This document shows positions 38,434 to 50,000 of a stretch of DNA of 64,000 bases, piece after piece. Numbering within the stretch: position 1 is the stretch's first letter; every line of letters starts with the position of its first letter. Made by a program: the position numbers and the translations under genes. The notes below the pieces were generated by a model. The model was not told the DNA's origin and made no database searches. It saw nothing but the letters and a program-made list of their open reading frames with translations. Source of the stretch: Monocercomonoides exilis PA203 (Eukaryota; Protista; Preaxostyla); the NCBI GenBank assembly GCA_001643675.2, contig LSRY02000015.1:1773936-1837935 (forward strand), in the 5' to 3' direction.

Positions 38434-41400
38434 TAATTTGAGACAATTGATTTGTGTTCAAGATTTAAAAATTGCATCGTGTTAAAACTCTTTGGAAACA
38501 AAAATTTCAATTTATATTAATTATGGTGATTGCGTTTTCACCATGAAATATCAGATAATTTCTGTTTTTTGTTTTGATTTATGGTTAGATATATCTATTG
38601 CGAACTGTATTGCTTTTTTTTTTAAAAAAAAAAAAAGCGTTTGCAATTTTCTTTTAAATTTGGAACTAAAATTGTTGGAATGAGTTTTTTACTATTTTTG
38701 TATCTTTTTTTAAGGAATTAAAAATAATTGAGATTTTTAAAACGATGAAAATTTCTCTTTCATATGTATGGATTAATAAATTATTTTTCAAACAAAACGA
38801 AAAAGAGAAATTTCTCAAGAAATGAAAGATTTCTTTTCAAAAGTTAACTCATTTCGACTTTTTCCAATTAAAAAGAAATTCTGCAAAATTGAAAAGATCA
38901 AAAAACTTAGAGATTTCAAAGAATATGCGAGAATCAAATTAATAATAATTGATTTTTGATCTTGAATTAGGATGAGAAAGTGAGGGTTTTTTATTATCAC
39001 ATTCCTTATTTTAATGGTTTTTTCTGGTCTTTGATAAAGTGGCTATGCCGAAATTGAATGTTTTTACATTTTGACCATATTTCAATAATTGTTCAGGAGA
39101 ATAAAAATAAATCAATAAATAAATATTAAAAGTTCATATCATTGAATTTTTTCTTGAGAACACTATTTAACATCCATCTTTATATTGTCAAAAGCAGAAA
39201 TTAATTTCTGTTTAAAAATATAGTAAAATATTAATTAACCAGGCAAAAAATACGGACTTTCAAGCTTTTTTTGCACAAAGCACATAAAAATTGCTTCAGT
39301 CATGACTTTATTTCGCTTTCTCAGATTTTGAAAATAAATTTGATTTTCATATCCTTAAACAGGCATCGTTGAAATTTATACACAAAGTTTTCCAACATTT
39401 CACGAATGTCAAAAAATGGAAATATTTTTGTAGCGTTTTTTGATATGAAAAAGTCAAAAAAAAGTTCATAATTTTTCAACGAAAATGCCTGATGAAAAAT
39501 ATATTGAACCATTTATTTTGAGATTGTTTGCATTTATCAATTGTTTGATGGATTTGTCGCGAAATGTGATTAAGATATGATTTATTTCGGAAAATTGATT
39601 GTTTTTATTTCATTTGCGTCCTTTCAAAAAGAGAAACTGACATTGTATCTTTTGAATTAGTCAAACTATAATTTTTAAATTTGATTTCAATTTCAAGCTT
39701 TTTTCATAAATCAGAGAAAGTCAAATAAGGTTAAAATAAAACAACTCTTATAAATAACCCCCTTTTTTTCAAAATTCGAATTGCTCGATGAATTTCAAAA
39801 ATAAAATTTCAATTATAAAGACAATTATTTATCGGTGTATAACGCATCTGGTTATATGCAAGATATCGAGATTTTGTTGAATTTTTGAAACAAAAAATTA
39901 TTTTTGTTTTTGACATTATGGCTTCTGATGAATTTTTCTATTTTCAGAAAACGATACAATTCAACTTTTATTCATAAAACTTATTTTTATTTTTCCCCTC
40001 AGTAATAAACAATACTGATTATTTTTTTATTTTCGGCAATTTGTTCGTTTCGATAGAATGGAAAACAATTGCTTTTGAAAAATCATTGACGATGAGATAA
40101 CTTCAAAAACTCTTTAAACAAAACTCATAATCATCCAAGTGAATTCCACCAATGCATAAATTAAAATAATGGCTACAAAAAATCGCTTCCAAGTTGTAAT
40201 TTTTCATGATTCAATATTCATTTAAAGAAAATATAAATATTCACTTTTATTGATCTTTCAAGTTAATAATTTCATTGAAATGCGAATACATTCAAAATCA
40301 GATTCAATCACATCGGATATTATCAGCATCGGATATAATCGCATATTTTTTGTGTACAAACATTTTTTTCCTATTTTCCATTCGTTTTCCGTCTCATAAA
40401 ATAGCAGGGCTTTATATATGTAATCTCATTTAATAACATAATGTGTCGTTTTTTCATTGATAAATCCATTTTTTTATATTAATAATTTCTGAAATTAAAT
40501 TTTTAATGAATTTGATTAATTGAATAATTGATATTAATGATAGATATTAGAAAAATGATCGAATAATGAGAACGGTCAAAATCGAATATTGTTTCATCGG
40601 ATTATACATAATTTTTTGTGATAATATCCGATTATGATAATATCCGATTTCGCTTCATACGGATGAAAACAAAAAATAATTTATAAATAACAAATTAACA
40701 TTTTTTTTTTTAATTTTTCTGTTATTATTCATGATTTCGAATTTTTCAACTTGCGAAAGCAATTTTTCTCATTGGTATTTGCGACAGAATTTCTGTATTA
40801 ATAAAATCGATGATGTGTTCCAGATTATTTCTTCAATCTTATGAATATAATTCTTGCGTTTCAGTTCAGAAAAAATTATCGAAATATAAAAATTCGAAAA
40901 AATCTTTGAAAGAACTGTGCGGAACAAAATACATAAAGCAAAAAATTTCATCTCATTAAAAATAAATAATTTAAACTATAATTTATGATTTTTTCAAATT
41001 CATTAAAAATTTAATTTCAGAAATTATTAATATAAAAAAATGGATTTATCAATGAAAAAACGACACATTATGTTATTAAATGAGATTACATATATAAAGC
41101 CCTGCTATTTTATGAGACGGAAAACGAATGGAAAATAGGAAAAAAATGTTTGTACACAAAAAATATGCGATTATATCCGATGCTGATAATATCCGATGTG
41201 ATTGAATCTGATTTTGAATGTATTCGCATTTCAATGAAATTATTAACTTGAAAGATCAATAAAAGTGAATATTTATATTTTCTTTAAATGAATATTGAAT
41301 CATGAAAAATTACAACTTGGAAGCGATTTTTTGTAGCCATTATTTTAATTTATGCATTGGTGGAATTCACTTGGATGATTATGAGTTTTGTTTAAAGAGT

Positions 41401-41695
41401 TTTTGAAGTTATCTCATCGTCAATGATTTTTCAAAAGCAATTGTTTTCCATTCTATCGAAACGAACAAATTGCCGAAAATAAAAAAATAATCAGTATTGT
41501 TTATTACTGAGGGGAAAAATAAAAATAAGTTTTATGAATAAAAGTTGAATTGTATCGTTTTCTGAAAATAGAAAAATTCATCAGAAGCCATAATGTCAAA
41601 AACAAAAATAATTTTTTGTTTCAAAAATTCAACAAAATCTCGATATCTTGCATATAACCAGATGCGTTATACACCGATAAATAATTGTCTTTATA

Positions 41696-43747
41696 GGGTG
41701 ATTTATTAACTTGAATATTTTTTTAACCCGAACATTTTTTTTATTAATTAGTTTAATCAACCCACTTTTCATATTTTATTAATTGTTTTGAGTATATAAG
41801 GAAAAGTCAGAAGTCAGAAATTAAGATCAAATTACTATACCTAATCTCTGATGTGGGGGGGGAGGGGGGGGGAGAGATGGGGGGGTTAGCTCCTCCATCT
41901 CTGATTAGTGCCTCCCACGAGGAGATTAGGCAATAGCAACGGGGCTGATTAAGTTAGAATTTGATTGAAATTTTTTTTTTGATTTTTTTTCATTTCAAAA
42001 AAATATTTTTTTAGAAAATAAAAAAAATGATCATGACCAAAAATATTTTAAAATGAGTGTTGTGGAAAACAAAAAACAACAAGGATTAAAGAAAATATGA
42101 AGTTTAATGAGATCCTTCCAATATCGACATATTGAAAGAAGATTACAGCGTGTTGCAACGATTATTTCTAATGGAGAAGCTCGGGTTGCTGATGCTGCGA
42201 ACATGAAGGAATTTACTCGCTCGGCAATTGATAGAGCAGTTGCAGCTGTGGAAAAAGGAAGAAAAGCAGGACAGAAAGGAAGACCAGAATTATTCAATTA
42301 GGAAGAAAAGGAAACTATATTTGGTATGTTAAAAATCGAATGTGAAAGTGGGACAAGTTACGATGCTGCACAAATGAGGAAATTAGTTTGTCACAATATT
42401 TAATTTGTTGAATTTATTTATTTTTTTACATATTCAGATGAACACTGTTATAAATGATAGGAAAAAAGACGATTTTGATGAAGAAGAGGAAGAAGTGAAC
42501 ATTTCTAAAGCATATCCTTATCAATACACAAAAAGGAACCCCGATCTCAAAGCTTCTCATCCTCGAAATGTCGACATCCAAAGGCTCTCCGCATCAAATC
42601 AACAAACTCTTCTTCCATTTTTCACTCTTCTACAAAACCTTCATGATCAACATCATTATACCAACTCTCTCATCTTTAATATTGATGAATCTTTTCTCCG
42701 ACTCTCTGATTCTTTCTCTTCTCTTGTTTTCCATCCTTCCGACATGCCTGCCGGTTTCTCCAAAACACCAATGAACATGTCGAATGCAACTCTTGTCGTT
42801 GCAGCCGCAGCTGATGGCTACTCCCTAAAAAGCGTCGTTCTGTGGCCTTGTCGGAAACTGCCAGATGAACTGCGCCTTGTTCTGAGTTCGCAGTTAGATG
42901 TTTAGGGTGAAAATGAAGGCTGGATGACTGAAGCGCTATTCCTCAAATATGCTGAAGAAGTGTTGCTTCCATGAATCGCGCAAAGAAGAGAAACTTTGAA
43001 GAAGAATGATGAACGTTGCCTTCTTTTTCTTGATTCTCATTCTTCGAGAGCGCAGCCTGACTTGTGGAAGAAGTTCGCCGATTCTTCAATAGATGTGGTC
43101 ACCTTCGTACCCCACACCACTCACATCGCACAGCCGTTGGATCGTGGAGTGTGTGCTGTTTTTAAAAAGACAATAAATGCTTATTATGAAGCACATTCTT
43201 CTTCTTCTGTTGTTTTGCGACGAGAAGCGCTGGCTGATGTGCTTCCACAAGCTTTACAAACGTCTTTGCTGCCTTCTACAATCAAATCATCATTTGCGAA
43301 GAGCGGAGTACTGTCACATCAGTGGCACGAAGTGTTAGCGAAGCTGCCAAAAGAACCTTCTGTAACTCCGAAGAAAAGAACAAAAAGGTTTGATTATTTT
43401 GGAAAATTAATTACCGATGAATAATTCTTAATAGAATGGAAAAAAGAAAAGGATGAAAGAAAAGAGTCAAAAAATGAAGAAAAAGATAATGAAGAAATTG
43501 AAAAGGCTTTGTTTGAAGATGAAAAACCGAAAAAAAGAAAATTCAACCCATTGAAAATTTAAAATGATGATTTTTCTGATGATGAAAAAAAAGAAAGAAA
43601 TACTCGAAAAATTGTCAAACGAGAGCTTGTTGATTATATTTATTATTAATACTTTTTAAAGAACGAAATCAATACACAATAACAAAAATAAATTTGATTA
43701 TTTTTTATTCGTGTTTTCAAAAAAATATTCGGGTTAATAAATCACCC
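41696..43747 (+). mobile_element. Pogo-type DD35D DNA transposon, full-length defective copy A (2052 bp), TA target-site duplication
   Basis: TIRs ta|GGGTGATTTATTAACTTGAATATTTTTT and AAAAAATATTCGGGTTAATAAATCACCC|ta. Transposase at ~42054-43650 with IFNIDES, LFLDSHSSR and VPHTTHIAQPLD (35 residues between the 2nd and 3rd D). Intron 42386-42437. Several in-frame stops. The empty site is visible in the opposite palindrome arm. Confidence 0.93.
41802..41957 (+). other. Conserved GC-rich hairpin element upstream of pogo transposase (copy A); candidate structured RNA or cis-element
   Basis: 41840-41930 folds as CCTAATCTC/GAGATTAGG, GTGGGGGG/CCTCCCAC and AGAGATGGGGGGG/CTCCTCCATCTCT. Homologous to 18666-18817(-). 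Confidence 0.55.
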
Positions 43748-44068
43748 TAATTAAAATTTTATTTTTGAAATTCATCGAGCAATTCGAATTTTCATAAAAT
43801 AGTTTGGGTTTTAAAAAAGTGTCAGTTTAGTTGAAACCCAATGAAACGTTTTTTAATGATGAATATGAAATTAATTCCGAAATCTTATTCATTTCATAAC
43901 TGACAATACATCAATAACTTTTTCAAACATTAAATATAAAATTCATCTCTTTGAATTAATTGAAATTGAACATGTGAAACAAAGAAATTTCACATAATTT
44001 GTTTTGGATGGATAAAAATTCAAGAATATTGATGGATCAAAACCCAAACTTAGTGTTTATTTCAATAT

Positions 44069-47000
44069 ATGGATAACGAAAAGGAAAAGAAAAAAATGAA
44101 AATAATCAACAAATTCAAATCGTTAAATGTTATTTTGATGATTTTCATTGCAGATTCTTTGAATACACATTCTATTTTGTCAACATTCAATGAAGAGAAA
44201 AATGAATTAAAAAGAATTGATGAGTTGGTAAACATCAACATTGGGAGCAGGAAAAGCACAATCGAAGGATCAATCATTTTCTCGAATTCAACATGTGAAT
44301 TGGAAAACATCAGAATTGTGCAGAAAGGAGATGGAAGTGCTGTCTGCTGTGTTTTCTCATCGGATGTTGAAGGCACCAAGATTGAGATTGTTGACAGAAG
44401 CAGCCACAATGAACATCCGTTCCTTGTTGAGGATTCTAGCCTTCACTTGATGAATGCCACACTGATTGTTGAAAACAAAGAGATCAGTTCGCCTTCTCTT
44501 GTTGGCTCTCCGAAAGAGCATGAGAACAGATATTCCAAAAGAACATCATCAACTGGAATGCTGATTGTTGAGCAGTCACTGTTTTCATCAATCTCAGTTG
44601 CATCCCCGCCATTTCTTTCTTCGCCATCACTTGCTGAGGTTAATGTGGGAAATTCCATATTCTGCAACATTTCTTCTTGCAAGCATCACATCCTTCCCAA
44701 TTCCTATAGATTTCACAGATTGCAAACACGAGCTGAAAGTTGCTCTTTTGTGTCTGTGCATGATGCATTTGATGGAGGTGTATTTGAGTCAGTCAATGCC
44801 CCAGGTGCTTCATTCCAATCGTTCAACAACTCATTCATGAACTGTGCCAAAACATCATTTTCTGGGAACAGCAACATGGAGAGAAAGACTTTTGAAGGTG
44901 GATCACACTCATTCTCAAACTGTGAATGGCATAATGTTTCATCAGCGTTGACTCCAGAAAGCTCAGAGGATTGGGACTTATCAGTTTGTGGAGGTGCCAT
45001 TGGCATTCATGGAAATTCAGAGACAGTTGTTGTTATTGACAGTTGCATCTTCGACAATTGTATTTGCTTAAGATATGGTGGAGCAGTAATGATATATCCT
45101 GGTTACAATGTTTCTTTGCAGAATTCAAAAGGATTTAACTGTTCCGGAGGATCTGGATCATTTGGAATGCTTACTGGAATTGCAAATTTAAAAATGGGGA
45201 ATTCATGTTCAAATAATTGTTCAAATAGCGATTCTGGAGCTTTTCGTTTGCAATCTTTTAATGTAATCCATTCTGATAATGAATTAACTGTTCCTGTTGT
45301 TTGTAATTGTTCATTCACTCTTTCAGATTCAAATCTGACAACATGCGCTTTCATTTGTTTACACAATATGTTTCAGCCATATTCCATATCTGAAAGTTTA
45401 TTTTTAAATGGTTTCACAAAAATATCAGGAGGAGCAATATCTATCTATTGGAGGGATGCATATGGAACGATTTCAGAAAAGCCATGGTTGTATTTCTGTT
45501 TCTTCCACAACAACACAGCAGGAGATGGAAATGGAGATGATGTGTCAATACGAGACTCATTTTCATATATGCCAGAGACCACGGTGCTGAGTGTGTCGTC
45601 ATTCACAACGAAGACAAGTGGAAGCAGTGTGTGGCACTCTCGATTTGGAACAAAGAACGAGTGGCTGAGTGTGGGGATTCTGAGGAGATATGTGGATGCG
45701 GAGGGAAGAGAAGAGGTTGGATGTGGGATATACGAGTGGGATGGGTGCAAGACAGTGGAATATGCAGTGGATCAGGCAAGCTCAGTTGGGGAGCAGCGGC
45801 TGCAGCTGGCGGAGTGCACATTCAGGATCGCAAGAACGGTGGAGGTGGGGAGAAAGACGATTGTGATGAATGGGTTTGGGGACAGCGGGACGATAGTGAA
45901 ATCGGAGCTGATGGGAGGGTCATCGGCAATGGTGAGGATCGGGGATGGGGCATTGAGTGCCGCCTCGATGAAGATACTGCACACATCCAGGGCATCACCA
46001 TCACCGCGGCTGTTTGAGATGACTTCAGTGTCAGGCACACTCTCGCTGTGTTGCATCACAATCAGCTCGCAGGATGTGGGAACAGCAGACTTGGTGGTGA
46101 GCACATCACCCTTTTTGATATATCAGTCTCAGATGCGAATGGAAAGCACAAGGGTTGAGAACATGGTGCTGTCTGTGGTGGTGTTCAGCGAGAAAGAGCC
46201 ATCTGGAGCTGGAGCATCGAGCTTGGCGAATGTGACGCTGGAGAACATCACGCGCACAGATGGAGATGGGGCTGCTTTCTCTGTCAGTGTGGGCGGAGGA
46301 AGCGTGATTGGTGTGGAAAACACAACAATGAAGAACTGTGTGTGCACATGTGGAAACGGAGGAGGGGTGTTTGTTTCGCTGGGGTCTGGAGGCAATGTGA
46401 GGATAGGAGGCAATTTGGAAGTGGGGTTTGATGGGTGCTGTGTCCAGTTGGAAGAAGCAGCGAAAAGGAAAGGAGGAGGGGTGTATCTTCTGTGCTCAGG
46501 GAGTGATTGGGAGTTCAGTGTGAAAAAGTGCACATTCAGGGAGTGCAAGGCCTGGAAAGGGAGGAACATGTTTGTGGCAGCACCAGACTTGTCGACAGCT
46601 GTGAACAGCAGTTCAATCGGATTCAATGCGGAGACCGGGGTAAATAGAGCAGACTTTGATGAGCTGAGTGGGATGGAGAGCAGCAATGCAGTGCTGATTG
46701 TCCCACTGGTTCTGTTTCTGCGGGAGTTCCAGCCACCCGCATATGTGGGTGGGAAGGCAGTGGGGCAGGACTTCAGGCTGTGTGGATTTGCAGACTACAT
46801 GTGCAAAACGATCGGAAGCGCTGGGACATATCGGTTCCCGAACTCGAAGCGGATATTGAGGCTGGCAGAGACATTTGTGTTTGATGAGGAGACGAAGCTG
46901 GACAAAGGACCGTATGAGGTGGATGCGAGCAGCAAAAGTGAGGGAGTGAAAGTGGAGGCAGCAGGACCGAAAGTGCAGGATGCACTGGTGATGAGCAGCG

Positions 47001-50000
47001 TCACAGCCACATTCACGAACATCAGCTTTGAGCTGGGGGCTTCGATCGGCAGCCGCTCGACATTTGTATATTCATCGGCAGGCGATGTGAAATTCATCGA
47101 CTGTGCGATTGATGGGGCCAGGGGTGGGAGTGGGGTGGAATACGGGTTTGTGAGTGTGAGTGGAGGGAGCGTGCAGATGCTGAGGGTGAGCTGTGGAGGC
47201 GAGAGAGAAGTGACGTTTGGGAGTTATGTGGTGCTTGTGAATGGAAGCGGGGCCTGCACCGTCGACCAGATGACGATGAACCAGATGAGAGTTAGCGAGG
47301 GCAGAAGTGGAAGCCAAGGGATCATTGAACTGGCAACAAGCAGCCCAACCACAATCCACAACAGCACTATTGCGAATGTTGTGCTGGGGTCGGGAGGGCT
47401 GATCCATTTTGCAGAGGGATCATCGCTGAAGATGAAAAACACATCGTTCATGAGCATTGGCAGGAGCGGTGGAGGCGGGGCGTGCCTGGAGCTGGATGAA
47501 TTGTGTGGGAGGAAGCAGAGCGTGTGGATAGAGAACTGCTCATTCAGCGCCTGCAAAGTGGATGGAGATGGAAGCTGTGGAGGAGGAGTATATGCTATGC
47601 TGGATGTCTCGAGTGAGCTTCATGTGTCGTCGACACGGTTTGAAGGATGTCAGGCACCCTCAGAAGGCGGGACAAACGGGAAAGGAGGGGGTTTGCTGTT
47701 GAATGTGCTGGATGCAGGTGTGCTGTTTGAGCTGTCAGCAACCCTTGCATTTGAGGCAAACCAAGCGGAATACGGAGCTGACCTGTTTGTGGCATCTCCT
47801 GACCTGAAAGCAAGCGTCACAAAAGAACACATCCTGTTTGCAATTCCGTTGACAGGAAGCACAAGAGCAGCAATGGGGGTGGATTCGAAGTGGAGCGATC
47901 TGACGATTCCGCTGATGTATTATCTGTGTGATGATCCGCCATGCATGCACATGGGGAACGACGGGCATGATGTGGTTGTGTGTGGGCATGAGCAGTTCCG
48001 ATGTAAGTGTGTGGACTATGCTGTGAGGAGGGTGATCGGGAAACAGCATGCTCTGGCGTTTGGCGACTCGTATCTGTTTGGAGAGAGTGTGTCGCTGAGT
48101 GCAAGTGAGGGATACGACTTCTGTGGGACAGCTTCGAAGACACGAATGGAAATGGTTGGGAATGAATCGAGCGGGACATGCATGATTGGGATTGACTCAT
48201 ATGTGAGGTTTTATCAGTTCTTGTGTGTCCTTCCAGCAGCACTGCCACTGGTACAATCAAGCATATTTTTGGTGAGCGGAGACAGAAGCGAGCTTTGGAT
48301 CGAAGACTGCTCAGCTGTGTGTGGCTCATCTGCTGGCAGATGCAAGTGTTCGTTTGTGAGTCAGAGCAGTGGGCGTCTTTCGATCACTGGGTTCAGCATC
48401 GAGTCTGTTGAGTTTGAGGGGATTTCGTTCATCAGCTCGAACGGCAATGGGGCGAGCATTCTTGACTCGATAAACATGAGCAATGTTCGGATCACAGATG
48501 CAGACGGGCTTGTTGTGTACACATCAGAGGGTTCGTTCACAGCTGTGAACATGAGTGTGAAGCACTGCAGCAATTCTGGGGGAGGGGTTGTGTGGGATCG
48601 GGAAGGTGGGATGCTGGAAATGAAGAACAGCACATTTGAGGGGATCATGCAGGCAGATGGGAATGGGAGTGTGGTGAATGGGGTTATTGGGAGCGGAAAG
48701 GAGATGAGAATGAGTGATGTTTGGATAGAGGGTTGTGGAACAGCAAAGGGGTGTGGCGGAGGAATGAATGTGGTTGTGGAAGGAACAGGGAAGGTGAGGA
48801 TTGGGGGTGGGGATGATGTGACATATGTTGGGGGATGCAGGGCAGGTGGAGAAGGGCGTGTTGGAGGCTATGGAGGGGGGCTTTTGTTGCGATGTGAGGA
48901 AGGGGGAAGAGATTTTGGGATTATTGGGGTGACATTTGGGGTGGATGGCTCTGCAAACGATGCTACGCATGGCGGGAGCAATGTGATGGTGGAGTGCAAG
49001 AATCTGCCGGAAGTGGTGAATGAGGTTTCATTTAGTTTCTCATTTGTGAAAGATGTTGAGGACAATCCGAATTTGATCGAGCTGATGGGGATTGAGAACG
49101 GAAGGGTTTCAGAGGTGATCCCCATTGTGCCTTTCTTTCGGGAAAAGCCGAGTGTGGGGTATGTGCATGGGGAAAATGGCGGGATGGACTATCCGAGCTG
49201 CGGGTATTCCGACTTTCCATGCTCTTCAGTGCCGTATGCAGGAGCAGCGGTGTTTGGGGCAAGATCAGCAGCGGCATTGCGGCTGATGAGCACTTTCACG
49301 ATTCACAAAGAAATGATACTGTATATGCAGCCAATGGTCATTGACGGAGAAGTGGAAATGGAACGTATTGTGATGAGAGAAGAAAGCGATGGAGAAGAAG
49401 GAGAAGTTGGAGGAGGAGCGAAAGAATGCTTGGTTGAGACGAAGGAGAAAATCACATTTCGCTCTCTGATGTTTTGTGCTTGGTCGTTTGAGGGATCAGC
49501 CCGAACATGTCTGTTCATGTGCAGCGATGGTGTTCTGAGATTTGAAGGATGCTCATTTTGTACAGAGGCAGGAGCATCGAATATGTGTGTGGAATGTTTG
49601 AAGGGGAAAGGAGGTAAAATGGAGCTTGTGAAGTGCAGATTTGAAGAAGTGACAATGAGAGGATGTGGGCTAATTGTTACTGATGGGAGCGAAGTGGAAG
49701 TGGAACTTGATGAGGCGACGATACGAAACACGGGGAGAGAAGATGAAGGGAGTGTGTTGGAAATGAGAAGAGGAAAGATTGTGAGCATTAGAAACACGAC
49801 AATAAAGGAGACGAATTTTGGGAATGGGAACGAGATTGACATTGGAGAGGATGTGGGGTTGGAGATGAGGAACAGCACATTGTGCGAGGTGAGAAGATAT
49901 GAAGGGAATGGAGGAGTGATGAGTGGGAAAGTGGGGAGTATGAGAGCGTGGGAGATTGAGGACTGTGTGTTTGAGAGGTGTGAGTGCGAAGCAGATTACA

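Larger units (their letters stand above)
39771..43792. repeat. Long inverted repeat: left arm 39771-40515, spacer 40516-40993, right arm 40994-41695 + 43750-43792 (interrupted by transposon)
   Basis: The arms read as essentially identical reverse complements (e.g. GATAAATCCATTTTTTTATATTAATAATTTCTG / CAGAAATTATTAATATAAAAAAATGGATTTATC). The match resumes immediately after the transposon. Confidence 0.92.

Noticed and set aside
38815-39512. Short minus-strand ORFs as a decayed mirror-image 5' end of a giant-gene paralog
   Set aside because: Similarity (KSIIINLILAYSL vs KSLNVILMIFIADSL) is too weak in AT-rich sequence to support.
41840-41930. Hammerhead ribozyme, C/D snoRNA or SECIS identity for the conserved hairpin
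   Set aside because: CTGATG is not followed by A and there is no GAAA core. No proper C/D box pair. The SECIS-like UGAN/NGAN core is imperfect in copy A, lacks the apical AA and is not in a 3' UTR. Left unassigned.
42054-43650. Stop-codon reassignment or readthrough to explain in-frame stops in transposases
   Set aside because: TAA, TAG and TGA all terminate host genes here, long host ORFs have no internal stops, and the TE lesions include frameshifts, so this is ordinary decay.
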